Source of the DNA: Nitrosopumilus sp.
Lineage (GTDB): Archaea; Thermoproteota; Nitrososphaeria; Nitrososphaerales; Nitrosopumilaceae
Direction: 5' to 3'
DNA: 64,000 nucleotides
NCBI GenBank assembly: GCA_965223425.1
Contig: OZ245003.1
Coordinates: forward strand, 1,664,001 to 1,728,000
The translations under genes and the position numbers were made by a program. The notes under the pieces are model-generated. The model saw only the letters and a list, made by a program, of their open reading frames with translations, did no database searches and was not told the origin of the DNA. Below, piece by piece: positions 20,910 to 30,560 of the stretch. The first letter of the stretch is position 1, and each line of letters begins with the position of its first letter.

Positions 20910-22016
20910 ATGTATCATACCATCAGAACAAGACGATATTGTCTTTGCGGGGCGCATGGAATGGCGATATGCCTCATTGGAGCAATTCTTCTGATGCCCG
21001 TCTCTGCTGATGCAAGGGCACAGTCGTGGTGGGACCACATATTTGAATTTCACCGGGACGGCATGATATCAACTGAGGAGCTGAGGACTGCAATGGAATA
21101 CGTGATGGATGTCAGAAACTTGTCGGCGCCCACACCGAAAACCGACAGCAAAAACATAATAACGTATTCTGTCGGAATGTGGCCGGCACTGACATACCCG
21201 GACATACCTGCAGGGGCCATGGAGGCGGCAATCACGACATGGGAGTATAACAATCCGGGCCTTTTGTTTGTCCAGTCAGATTATAATCCGGACATCCGCA
21301 TAGAATGGGATTTGTTCCTCTCAGAAGAGTATGCGGGACTGGCAACATGCACTGATTTTTCAGGTATTGGCTCAATTGACTGTACACTGGACATAGCGCT
21401 TGGTGACTATGACTGCACCGGAGAGTTTGTGCAAGGTGATGTGGATTTTATCACACATACAATAATGCATGAGGTTGGACACGCACTCGGTATCGGGCAT
21501 ACGTCTGATGAAACGCATCTGATGTTTGGACCAGACCCCACAGAGCCGTTTGACACAAAGGGATACCGCATACCTGACTCACTGGACGGAACGTATGTGG
21601 GCCAGGATGAGATTGATGGGGCCATAGATGATACCGGCCGTTCCATTGATAAATTATATGACGATATTCGGGAGATTAATGTCCCGATAGACGAATTGAA
21701 AGTGGAGCTTGACTTGATAAATGACAGACTCATTGCCGGCAAGGACAGAATCAGGGAACTGGAAATGAGGTATGAATTTTACGAGTCCGGAAATCTTTCA
21801 GAAAATCAATACAATCAGGCCATGAGAATCTATGATTTACTGAATATGGAGTATGAGGATCATAAAGTCCTGGTAAACCAGTATAATGAAATTGTCAGGG
21901 AGCAGACAGTTCATATTGATGAATCAAACATGCTTTCTGACGAGTACCAGGCCATGGCAGACAGGCAGTCAGTTCTTGTAGAGACATACAACTGCTATCC
22001 CAATGTGGGGGACTGA
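20910..22016 (+). CDS. Secreted matrixin/M10-like zinc metallopeptidase with coiled-coil tail
   Basis: HEVGHALGIGH + Met-turn 'LM'; signal peptide; heptad C-terminus. Confidence 0.8.
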   Translation: MYHTIRTRRYCLCGAHGMAICLIGAILLMPVSADARAQSWWDHIFEFHRDGMISTEELRTAMEYVMDVRNLSAPTPKTDSKNIITYSVGMWPALTYPDIPAGAMEAAITTWEYNNPGLLFVQSDYNPDIRIEWDLFLSEEYAGLATCTDFSGIGSIDCTLDIALGDYDCTGEFVQGDVDFITHTIMHEVGHALGIGHTSDETHLMFGPDPTEPFDTKGYRIPDSLDGTYVGQDEIDGAIDDTGRSIDKLYDDIREINVPIDELKVELDLINDRLIAGKDRIRELEMRYEFYESGNLSENQYNQAMRIYDLLNMEYEDHKVLVNQYNEIVREQTVHIDESNMLSDEYQAMADRQSVLVETYNCYPNVGD

Positions 22017-22025
22017 CATGCAGCC

Positions 22026-22120
22026 GGCGATGACGGAATCCGGCACACCATTGGCAGTCCGAACAGTCGATATGTCAAAGTCGAGTTATATGGGTTGACT
22101 CCCGATAACTTCACAGAACC
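22026..22120 (+). mobile_element. Second copy of IS200/IS605-like right end (no transposase)
   Basis: Close match to 11885..11979; similarity stops sharply after CAGAACC. Confidence 0.6.
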
Positions 22121-22835
22121 CGTAAGATAAATAAAAAGAAAAAATAAAATTAAAGAGAGGAGGGGATGATTCATGCCAAGGATATACTATTATTGCGAAA
22201 AACATTATGAGCATTTTGATGAGTGTAACATACGTCACATAAGAGAGCTGACAGACAACACGTGCGTATGCGAGTATAGAAGATGTACAATGCGTGGCAG
22301 GTGCATGATTCTTCTTCGTGTTGACTAGATTAGATTTTGATGCAACCAAACAACAAAAATACGAGTGCCTGTTAGAAGTACTGAACTAGAATGATCACAC
22401 AAAAAGATGAAAGTATTGTTGAAGATATTGTCTTTGATGATGGCGACAAAATAGAAATAGCATGTTCATATCCAGATGTGGAAACTGCCATAAAGGCATT
22501 ACACGCTTTTTTTATTGATTTCAAAAAACAACACACAAACCAAGGTTCTGTATAATCTTCGAGAGCTGAAATATGGATCTTCTCCGAATTGAAATTAGGC
22601 ATGTTGATTCAATGAGGCATTTTGAATTATTGTCCTCCATTTGTTATTTCTGTCTACTACAACACCAGCTAATTCGGCTGGTGTCTTCTTGCCAATCCCA
22701 CCATGATCCACATCTCATGTACCGACAACGTTACAGAACCTCATGATCACCAGCTTGATATTTGCCTAGATAGATCTGTTTTGTTTTCAGGCGTACCGCA
22801 CATCGAAAATTAATATGTAAGAAAAAGAATCAAAG

Positions 22836-22904
22836 AATGAGGGCTCAGAGGTCGTCTCACTCATCACAGAGTCAGAAGTCGTTGGTCTCATCATTGCCCT
22901 CATT
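22836..22904 (-). ncRNA. Box C/D sRNA
   Basis: Minus strand: AATGAGGGC-a-ATGATGA(C)-gaccaacgactt-CTGA(D')-ctct-GTGATGA(C')-gtgagacgacct-CTGA(D)-GCCCTCATT; 9-bp terminal stem, 12-nt guides. Confidence 0.88.
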
Positions 22905-22996
22905 TCTGTTTGATTCGTCTTATCCCTATATAGATATAAACCAAATATAAAACTATCTCTATTAAGGTATAAATTACAGTGCCGTAATTATAGATT

Positions 22997-23206
22997 ATGC
23001 CGATAACTACAAAGACGGTAAGTGGTGAAAGATACATCTACTTTTCACATTATAAGAATGGCAAAAAAAAGGAAACATATTGCGGACTAGCCTCAAAACC
23101 TGAATCAAAAAGAAAAGCAGTAGATCTCGAGATCATCAGTCTGAAAGAACAGCGAAAAACAATATTAGATAAGATTAGAAAATTGGAGGTACAAAGACAC
23201 TTATGA
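22997..23206 (+). CDS. Small basic putative DNA-binding protein
   Basis: 'TKTVSGERYIYFSHYKNGKKKETYCG' beta-sheet motif + coiled coil, common in archaeal MGEs. Confidence 0.55.
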   Translation: MPITTKTVSGERYIYFSHYKNGKKKETYCGLASKPESKRKAVDLEIISLKEQRKTILDKIRKLEVQRHL

Positions 23207-23239
23207 AGTTTGGATATAAGCCCAGTGGAAGCGGACATA

Positions 23240-23270
23240 AGCTTCCAATAGCTTCCAATAGCTTCCAATA
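23240..23270 (+). repeat. Tandem 10-bp repeat (AGCTTCCAAT x3)
   Basis: Directly visible just upstream of the RM gene. Confidence 0.85.
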
Positions 23271-23291
23271 TACTATTAATGGTGTTGCCCT

Positions 23292-26027
23292 CTGGTAGCA
23301 CCAGAGAATCTATCTCTGGAGGAGATCAAGACAAATGCCATAAATTTTTCAGAGAGATGGAAAAATGAAAAGAATGAAAAATCAGAGGCCCAGACCTTTG
23401 TTAATGAGTTCTTTGCAGTGTTTGGGTTAGATAGAAAGACAGTTGCAAGATTAGAAGAGCACCCAGATAATTCACCTGATTGGATGGATTGCTTTTGGAA
23501 GAGCAAATTAATAATTGAGATGAAAAGTCTTGGAGAAAATCTAGATAAGGCAATGGAGCAGGCACTCAGTTATTATGTACAACTGAAAAAAGATGAAGAG
23601 CCACGACACATACTGGTTTGTGATTTTGAACACTGGTATATTCGTGACAAAAAAGAAAACACAGATCACTTTTTCATACTATCTGAACTAGTTGATAATA
23701 TAGGGCTTTTTGGGTTTATGACAGACAGACCTAAGCTGATACGTGCAGATCCTGTAAACTTGCATGCATCAGAAACCTTAGGTAAAATCTTTAACATGTT
23801 AAAAGCAGCTAACTATGGGACTCATCATACAGAATACTTTTTGACAAGGCTTGTGTTCTGTCTGTTTGCTGATGACACTGGCATATTTGGTGATCATGGT
23901 AAATTTCAAGCCTACATTAAAGAATCTACCTTGGAGGATGGCTCTGATTTAGGCCGTTATCTCGCATACTTGTTTGGCGTACTAAACCAAGACAGAGACA
24001 CACGCTCCAAAACAATGGACTCTAAAACTCGTTCATTCCCATACATCAACGGTGCGTTGTTTGAAAAGCCAATAGAGTTTCCTGATTTTAATGGCAAGAT
24101 GAGAGAGTTATTAATTCAAGCAGGTGACTATGACTGGTCTAAAGTATCACCCGCAATTTTTGGCAACATGTTCCAGACCGTAATGGATCAGGATGCACGC
24201 CGTGAGATGGGGGCTCATTACACCAGTGAGGAAAACATACTCAATGTCATCAGACCGTTGTTTTTGGATAAACTAAATGAGGAATACGACGAGATAAACA
24301 GCATAGCTGATGATGCCAAAAAAGCCAGATTTGTAGAATTTCAAAACAAGCTTGCAAGCTTGACGTTTTTAGATCCTGCATGTGGCAGTGGAAATTTCCT
24401 AGTAATAGCATACAGGGAAATAAGAAGATTGGAGCACCGTGTGATTATGAAGATACATGGTTATGCGGGCAAAAGAACGGATACTGACGGATTATCAAAG
24501 GTAGATGTAAACCAATTTTATGGAATTGAGATAATAGAATTTTCCTCTCGTATTGCAGAGACATCGCTTTGGATGATGGATCATATTATGAATGTGGAAT
24601 TATCAAACAGATACGGATATAGATTTAGAAGGATACCAATTAAGAAAAAACCCAATATTGTATGGAAAGATGCATTGGAGTTTGACTGGAACGAACTTCT
24701 GCCAAGTGAGGAATGCTCTTACGTATTTGGGAATCCCCCGTTTGGCGGTTCAAAGACGATAACTAAAGAGCAGAGAGGGCAAGTACAGCGTATAGCGAAT
24801 ATTGAAAGAAGCGGTGGAACGTTGGACTATGTTACTGCATGGTTTTTTAAGGCATGTGAGTATATACCACACACCAAATGTCCTCAAATTGCATTTGTGT
24901 CCACTAACAGTATAACTCAAGGAGAACAGGTAGGGCAGCTGTGGCCCGCTATGTTTGAAAGGCATGGTGTGGAAATATCCTTTGCATATCAGTCATTCAA
25001 GTGGGAGTCAGAGGCAAGAGGCAGGGCACAGGTGACTGTAATTATAATAGGTCTTACAAGAAACGATGACAGGAAACGACTATTCCATTATGATGACAAT
25101 GGAAATCTCATTGAGATTAATCCTGAATGTATCTCCCCCTACCTAATTGAAACATCAAAGACACTTCCGATAGTAATGGAGACATCAAAACCACTCAACG
25201 GTTTCCAAAAAATGAAGATGGGTTCTAAACCCATAGATGGCGGAAATTACATTTTTACCAGTGATGAAAAGGAGAAATTTCTTGCAGAAGAGCCAAACGC
25301 AAAAGATTTTTTCAGACCGTATGTAAATGCGGATGAATTTCTGAATGGCAACATGAGATCAATCTTGGCATTGCATAATATTGAGCCACATGAGCTGAGA
25401 AGACTGCCGAGAGTTATGAAACGAGTTAACTTGGTGAGATTATTCAGAAAGAAAAGCATAGATAAAGGAACAAAAAAACTGGCGGATAATCCTACATCTT
25501 ACCATCTTAATGTGATACCTACGTCCACATTCCTGATTATACCACGTGTTACTTCTGAGAAACGTGAATATGTGCCAATAGGTTTTTTGGAGCCTCCTAT
25601 AATACCTAGTAGTGCCACTATGGTTATAGAGAATGCCTCTCTTGACATGTTCGGACTTTTGACTTCAAAAATGCACATGATATGGCTTAGAACAGTTGGT
25701 GGCAAGCTGAAATTTGATCTTAGGTATTCTAAAGGAATAGTATACAACACATTCCCAATTCCAACTGATTGGAGTGAAAAATCAAAAACTTTGTGGCCAT
25801 ACGCACAATCCATACTTGATGCCAGAAAGAGTCATCCCGAGTCCACATTGGCAGACCTCTATGATCCGACGGCAATGCCAACTGACCTGAAAAATGCACA
25901 TCAAAAACTGGACAAGGCTGTGGAGAAATTATACAGGAAAAAACCGTTTGAATCAGACAGTAAGAGGCAGGAGTTCCTGCTGGAAGAGTATCAAAAGATG
26001 ATAGATGATCATCAAACTACTTTATAG
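23292..26027 (+). CDS. MmeI-like type IIL restriction-modification enzyme (endonuclease + m6A MTase + TRD)
   Basis: 'MDCFWKSKLIIEMKS' PD-ExK; 'GAHYTS', 'LDPACGSGNF', 'GNPPF', 'TLADLYDP'. Frame is open upstream of 23418 with MmeI-like 'EKSEAQTFVNEFFAVFG', so the true start is uncertain. Confidence 0.88.
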   Translation: MVAPENLSLEEIKTNAINFSERWKNEKNEKSEAQTFVNEFFAVFGLDRKTVARLEEHPDNSPDWMDCFWKSKLIIEMKSLGENLDKAMEQALSYYVQLKKDEEPRHILVCDFEHWYIRDKKENTDHFFILSELVDNIGLFGFMTDRPKLIRADPVNLHASETLGKIFNMLKAANYGTHHTEYFLTRLVFCLFADDTGIFGDHGKFQAYIKESTLEDGSDLGRYLAYLFGVLNQDRDTRSKTMDSKTRSFPYINGALFEKPIEFPDFNGKMRELLIQAGDYDWSKVSPAIFGNMFQTVMDQDARREMGAHYTSEENILNVIRPLFLDKLNEEYDEINSIADDAKKARFVEFQNKLASLTFLDPACGSGNFLVIAYREIRRLEHRVIMKIHGYAGKRTDTDGLSKVDVNQFYGIEIIEFSSRIAETSLWMMDHIMNVELSNRYGYRFRRIPIKKKPNIVWKDALEFDWNELLPSEECSYVFGNPPFGGSKTITKEQRGQVQRIANIERSGGTLDYVTAWFFKACEYIPHTKCPQIAFVSTNSITQGEQVGQLWPAMFERHGVEISFAYQSFKWESEARGRAQVTVIIIGLTRNDDRKRLFHYDDNGNLIEINPECISPYLIETSKTLPIVMETSKPLNGFQKMKMGSKPIDGGNYIFTSDEKEKFLAEEPNAKDFFRPYVNADEFLNGNMRSILALHNIEPHELRRLPRVMKRVNLVRLFRKKSIDKGTKKLADNPTSYHLNVIPTSTFLIIPRVTSEKREYVPIGFLEPPIIPSSATMVIENASLDMFGLLTSKMHMIWLRTVGGKLKFDLRYSKGIVYNTFPIPTDWSEKSKTLWPYAQSILDARKSHPESTLADLYDPTAMPTDLKNAHQKLDKAVEKLYRKKPFESDSKRQEFLLEEYQKMIDDHQTTL

Positions 26028-26122
26028 ACACAATTTCTTGATTCAGAGAAGATCAGTATTTCATACCTATATCACTACAAGTTGACAGAACCAATCAAAG
26101 GAATCCTTAACTTGTATGACGT

Positions 26123-26362
26123 ATGAAACATGCTATGAATGACGATACTGCCGACTGCACAAGTGTTATTCTTATTTATGCTGGTATTTTTATGATGATG
26201 GCAGGAGCACTCGTTACAATCATCTGGATTGAGCTTGCCGTCGTAATTATGGTGGGAGGTGGCATACTATTAATGGCATCGGGGGTCATTGGGATGGCGT
26301 ATGGAGGCCTTGGATGGGAATATGTCCCAGAGGATGTGAGAAAAAGACAGACAGAGGACTGA
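26123..26362 (+). CDS. Small two-TM membrane protein
   Basis: 79 aa, two hydrophobic helices. Confidence 0.5.
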   Translation: MKHAMNDDTADCTSVILIYAGIFMMMAGALVTIIWIELAVVIMVGGGILLMASGVIGMAYGGLGWEYVPEDVRKRQTED

Positions 26363-26689
26363 TCAGATCACACAAATTCCCGAACCAGTCAAGTACATGG
26401 CAGGTATGACGGCATATTGTACGTAAGATACTGAAATATCCTGTTTTTATCCTATTTCCATATTTTTAGATGTGAGAACAAGAATGCAGACAAACTGCAA
26501 GTACTGTGGCGGTAGGAATTATTATCACCTTTATGAAGATTCGATGCCGCTTGATAGCAGGTCGTGGCTGTATTGCATGGACTGTGGATTTACGCGTCCC
26601 GCATGAGAACACGCGTACCCGGCGTTTCATGAGGTATGGGGTTCTCTAAAAACAATAATACTGTTCATATGCACCATTCAACATAAGCG

Positions 26690-27757
26690 ATGAACGATGC
26701 ATTCTGGATGGAACATATCAGGGGATGGATGCGGATGGAGCACAGACAGAGGCCGTGCCGCCTGGTATGTCTTGTGGAAGACGAGGGCGAATTTGACACA
26801 ATACGGACAATGGCCGAAGGGCTTGGAGTCGGCGCAGTATCCGTATATGACGACTCGTGGACAATGAATCCCACGTCACATGCAATTATAGTTGGAACAC
26901 ACGATGAACTGCTGTCGCGCTCACTGGATCGCGGGTACGGTGTAAAACCTGCCATGTGGCACATACAGTTTGGACTGTTAAATTCCGACTGTCTGTGGAC
27001 AATGAAATCCCCAAACCGTGTCTGGTGCGGTCTTGACTCGCTACATAAAAAATTGGGTGCATACAACATATTCTCTGATACAAAAGTGACTGATGCGGCA
27101 GACATTCCCATACGTGGCCTGTTTGACGTATCGGGTGGAACAGAAGACGACATCGAGGAATTTATGATGGGGTTCCCACACCATGAGACTGAACAGCATG
27201 AGAGGATGGTGCAGGGCACGAAATGGGTGACTCTTCCCAGGCATCTTTCGCAGACAGTTACGGCCGTACTGGATCTTGCAGTCAACAAGAGGTTTGAAGG
27301 AACGCTGCTGACTGCCGCCAGATATCATGATTATGGCAAGTCACATCCTCTTTTCCAGAAAATGCTTCTTGGTGGACTTGATCAAAATGAGAGAATGTCC
27401 AGGGCCGGAACAGTGTGGGCCAAGAGAAGGCCCAGAACCAGACTGGAATGTGCAGGTTACCGCCACGATCTGACAGGTGCGTGCGCCTTTGTCAGCACAA
27501 ATCCCGACATGTTGCTTGAGGGATATCTCATCATGTCACACCACGGCAGGTTTTATTTTTCAATTCCCAAAGTCAGTGACAGGCTGCCAAAAACGGATGT
27601 CGGCGGCGGCATTATTGTTGGCGACACCTCGTTTGAGATGACCCAGGACAAATGGGGCGCAATATTTGATCAGCTGTACAGAACACACGGGCCGTTCGTG
27701 CTGGCGTACCTTGAGGCGGTCCTGCGCGTGGCCGACATGAGGGCAAGTGATCTGTAG
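26690..27757 (+). CDS. cas3: Internally deleted type I-G Cas3-like protein (helicase remnant + C-terminal HD domain)
   Basis: 'IIVGTHDELLSRSLDRGYG...IQFGLLNSDCLW' (I-G Cas3 helicase segment); 'LPRHL', 'YHDYGK', 'GYRHD', 'SHHGR', 'LAYLEAVLRVADMRAS'. Walker A and DExH are absent. Confidence 0.7.
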   Translation: MNDAFWMEHIRGWMRMEHRQRPCRLVCLVEDEGEFDTIRTMAEGLGVGAVSVYDDSWTMNPTSHAIIVGTHDELLSRSLDRGYGVKPAMWHIQFGLLNSDCLWTMKSPNRVWCGLDSLHKKLGAYNIFSDTKVTDAADIPIRGLFDVSGGTEDDIEEFMMGFPHHETEQHERMVQGTKWVTLPRHLSQTVTAVLDLAVNKRFEGTLLTAARYHDYGKSHPLFQKMLLGGLDQNERMSRAGTVWAKRRPRTRLECAGYRHDLTGACAFVSTNPDMLLEGYLIMSHHGRFYFSIPKVSDRLPKTDVGGGIIVGDTSFEMTQDKWGAIFDQLYRTHGPFVLAYLEAVLRVADMRASDL

Positions 27758-27891
27758 TGTGTGGATGTCAGAAGGAATCAGACAAACTGCATGGTTACCA
27801 AGTATGGTTGCCAATCATGGCCGATGAAGGCGGAACATAATCTATATTCTGCCCCCACTTCAATTGAGACATGCCTGTTTGGCGTCCTATT

Positions 27892-28170
27892 CTAGAGAAA
27901 GTCCGGGTCGTCATCATCTGTCGGAATCTCCGACTTTTGGCCGCCTGTGTGATTGTTGTCTCTTTCTGTTTTTATTTTGTCATTTATTTCCGCAATCACA
28001 TCCAGGTCAAGGCGCTTTAGGATCATCTCTGCATTTTCTACAAGAAACCGGACATCGTTTAAAATGCCGTCAATCTTTCTCCTGGTCCTTAATTTCTGAA
28101 GCCTTAGTCTTCCAGGCGAAAAAGAGTCAGGTGAGACAATCGCCCGCTTTTGTTTGTCAGTTAGTGCCAT
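27892..28170 (-). CDS. Small protein coupled to ParM-like gene (candidate ParR-like adaptor)
   Basis: ATG at 28170 overlaps the end of the actin gene; basic N-terminus, acidic tail. Confidence 0.45.
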   Translation of the reverse strand: MALTDKQKRAIVSPDSFSPGRLRLQKLRTRRKIDGILNDVRFLVENAEMILKRLDLDVIAEINDKIKTERDNNHTGGQKSEIPTDDDDPDFL

Positions 28171-29015
28171 TTCTGCGCCTTTGTAAGCATCCCAAGCGCA
28201 TTTGAAAATACTGGGTCCCTTGCTATCTGGCACTTGTCGCGTATTGCCTCATTTTTTATCTCAGAGACAAGCTTTGGTATCAGTGCCCCGCCTCCGGCCA
28301 GAATCACAGGAAGTTCCGGAAAGTCAATGACTGTCTTTGTCAGGGAATCAGATATAGAGTCTGCAAGAAGCTTTCTGTACTGTGAGAGCTCCGGAGTGTC
28401 CTTTGCAAACAGGCTCTTCTCCTTGACGTATCCGGTCTTTGTGTCAGTTATTGCAGAGGTGATGTCTCCGACTCCGTGATCCAGTGTCAGGCCTGAGGCT
28501 ATCTTGCCATTGACTACTGCCATTATCTCAGTGGTTCCATGTCCGATGTGGCACACAATACCGTCCTCCAATCCCTGGTGGATGAGGGTGGCCCTTGCCT
28601 GGTATATGAGCCCAAAGAACTTTGGTCCAAGCGCCTTCATTACTGCCTCGCGAATCTTTTTGCTGTGGTCCCTTGCAGCATATGGGACTCCTGCAACGAT
28701 GACCATTTGTGCATACCTGCCAACGGCAGATGTCCTGGGGGTTCCGAGGATCTGGTCCATTGAGTATTTTATCAGGCTGATATAGTCCTCCATTATTGTT
28801 GGAATCCCGCGATATACGGGCCTCTTTAGTGTCATTGTTTTTATGGTTTCATATTTTGCAGCATCGTATCCGATGTGTGTCGTATCCTTGTTGTTTGACT
28901 CTAGCTCCAGGTGCCTGCCAGTGGCAATTAGTGACGGGAACTTTGTCAATCTGGTCGATGTTGCAATCTTTACAAAGCCGGTTCCAATGTCGAGTCCGGC
29001 AACATATTCACTCAT
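28161..29015 (-). CDS. ParM/StbA-like actin-fold ATPase
   Basis: Phosphate-1 'GLDIGTGFVK', phosphate-2 'HIGHGTTE', adenosine 'LAGGGA', 'SNALG'. Confidence 0.8.
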   Translation of the reverse strand: MSEYVAGLDIGTGFVKIATSTRLTKFPSLIATGRHLELESNNKDTTHIGYDAAKYETIKTMTLKRPVYRGIPTIMEDYISLIKYSMDQILGTPRTSAVGRYAQMVIVAGVPYAARDHSKKIREAVMKALGPKFFGLIYQARATLIHQGLEDGIVCHIGHGTTEIMAVVNGKIASGLTLDHGVGDITSAITDTKTGYVKEKSLFAKDTPELSQYRKLLADSISDSLTKTVIDFPELPVILAGGGALIPKLVSEIKNEAIRDKCQIARDPVFSNALGMLTKAQKWH

Positions 29016-29057
29016 TGAGATTGCCGTATCAGTTTTGAATTTAAGGCAGTTTTTGCC

Positions 29058-29291
29058 GTTTCAAAAAAGTGAAACGCCGTTTCACTTTTCCGACGGTTTT
29101 GAATTCGGGGTACTTTTTCCTGAAAAACGGAGATAAAAAAAGGTACTCAATACAACACACATATACAATATAAACAAACAACAAAAAACATCTAAAATAC
29201 AACAACGGCAATCGATAAGGAGAAATCCCAATTAATTATTCCAAATTTTACAAAGTGCGAAAAAATCGCGAATGTTTCACTTTTTTGAAAC
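29058..29291. promoter_or_regulatory. Inverted 18-bp operator-like sites and hairpin in AT-rich divergent intergenic region
   Basis: GTTTCAAAAAAGTGAAAC (29058-29075) and its exact reverse complement (29274-29291); hairpin AAAAGTGAAAC-GCC-GTTTCACTTTT (29065-29089). Confidence 0.55.
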
Positions 29292-29443
29292 GCTTTCTGG
29301 CCAGAATTTCACAGTATGTGATCGTAAATAATTAGAAAGAAAAAGAAAACAAAAAATTCAGAGCAACCAAAAAAATCAGACACCAATCCAAAATCATTTC
29401 AAAAAAATCATTACACCAAAACAGAATCAAGATAATAAAAAGA

Positions 29444-29507
29444 AGGGCCATGATGAGACTCCATTCATTCTGACATCAATATGATGACAGAGATCAGTCT
29501 GAGCCCT
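29444..29507 (+). ncRNA. Box C/D sRNA
   Basis: AGGGC-c-ATGATGA-gactccattcatt-CTGA-catcaat-ATGATGA-cagagatcagt-CTGA-GCCCT; all four boxes canonical. Confidence 0.88.
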
Positions 29508-29590
29508 CAAATTCAATCTAACTGACTTCAATAAAAATCAGACCATACCAAACCAACCACTCATTCCAAGAAAATCAAGATAATAAAAAA

Positions 29591-29653
29591 AGGGCGGTGA
29601 TGAGTTCCATTCATTCTGTCATCATTATGATGATAAACCCCCAGTCCTGGCCC
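29591..29653 (+). ncRNA. Box C/D sRNA, degenerate paralogue
   Basis: GGGC..GTGATGA-gttccattcatt-CTGT-catcatt-ATGATGA-...-GCCC; D/D' boxes mutated; shares upstream AATCAAGATAATAAAAA with the 29444 copy. Confidence 0.6.
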
Positions 29654-29696
29654 CCATTCCCCAGCAACACATACCAATTAAAACATTCAAAAAGAA

Positions 29697-29794
29697 AAAC
29701 ATCCTGATGAGCCCTTTTGGGCCAACTCCAATCAGAACATAACTGGTTTGGATGAGCCCTACTAGGGCGAAACTGCCATTGGCAGTCGATGTTT
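29697..29794 (+). ncRNA. Type I hammerhead ribozyme (extended stem II)
   Basis: P1 AAACATC/GATGTTT; CTGATGA; P2 GCCCT...AGGGC; GAAA; P3 CTGCC-ATT-GGCAG; GTC cleavage after 29787. Confidence 0.85.
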
Positions 29795-30136
29795 CGCAAA
29801 ATACTTTCGCGAGTATCTGGTGGCGAAAAGCTGCCAACAATCAGAAAGGGCACTAAAGAGTATGCCCTAAGAATATTCCTTCGAGGGGGATATGTTCTCC
29901 GTGATGGTTCACGATTGGTATGTTTGCCCACTTGTTATTGGGATCACAAACTAGACCGGCCATACATGGAATGGTTTGAAATAAGCCGAGACGGCACTCT
30001 AACATATTACAGACTAAAGGATTCTGTAAAGGCTGTTGCCGAGTGCAAGGTTGAATCAAATTATGGGTTCATACCAAAAGCCACATACCCTCGTGTCATG
30101 AAGGCCTGTCGGGCTCCATGCAACTCTGGTTGTTAA
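29789..30136 (+). CDS. Hypothetical protein starting 1 nt after hammerhead cut
   Basis: 115-aa ORF; first 12 codons shared with the 30327 ORF. Confidence 0.55.
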   Translation: MFRKILSRVSGGEKLPTIRKGTKEYALRIFLRGGYVLRDGSRLVCLPTCYWDHKLDRPYMEWFEISRDGTLTYYRLKDSVKAVAECKVESNYGFIPKATYPRVMKACRAPCNSGC

Positions 30137-30234
30137 CTGATAATTCCTCTCACGAGGAATATCTTCCCCTTTTTATTAAACTGTAAATTTACAGCATGCC
30201 AAACCGGCATTCCAATGAAAACTTTCAAAAAGAA

Positions 30235-30332
30235 AAACATCCTGATGAGCCCTTTTGGGCCAACTCCAATCAGAACATAACTGGTTTGGATGAGCCCTGC
30301 TAGGGCGAAACTGCCATTGGCAGTCGATGTTT
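30235..30332 (+). ncRNA. Type I hammerhead ribozyme (near-identical copy)
   Basis: Same as the 29697 copy apart from a loop change; cleavage after 30325. Confidence 0.85.
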
Positions 30333-30560
30333 CGCAAAATACTTTCGCGAGTATCTGGTGGCAAAAAGCCACAAACCAAAGAGTGTCCAGATAACATTGT
30401 CTGCATGGAAGACGAAAGAATCGGATACATCGAACGTGACGGTTCGCGGTTGGAACGTTATCCATGGAGATGTCAGCAGGAAGACTACGATAAAGGTTAT
30501 CCAGAACTGAAATGGGCCAACCTCCGGTTAGACAAAGCAGCTTGCAGAGAAGCAAGTTGA
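30327..30560 (+). CDS. Hypothetical protein starting 1 nt after hammerhead cut
   Basis: 77 aa; shares MFRKILSRVSGG and 'RDGSRL' with the 29789 protein. Confidence 0.5.
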   Translation: MFRKILSRVSGGKKPQTKECPDNIVCMEDERIGYIERDGSRLERYPWRCQQEDYDKGYPELKWANLRLDKAACREAS

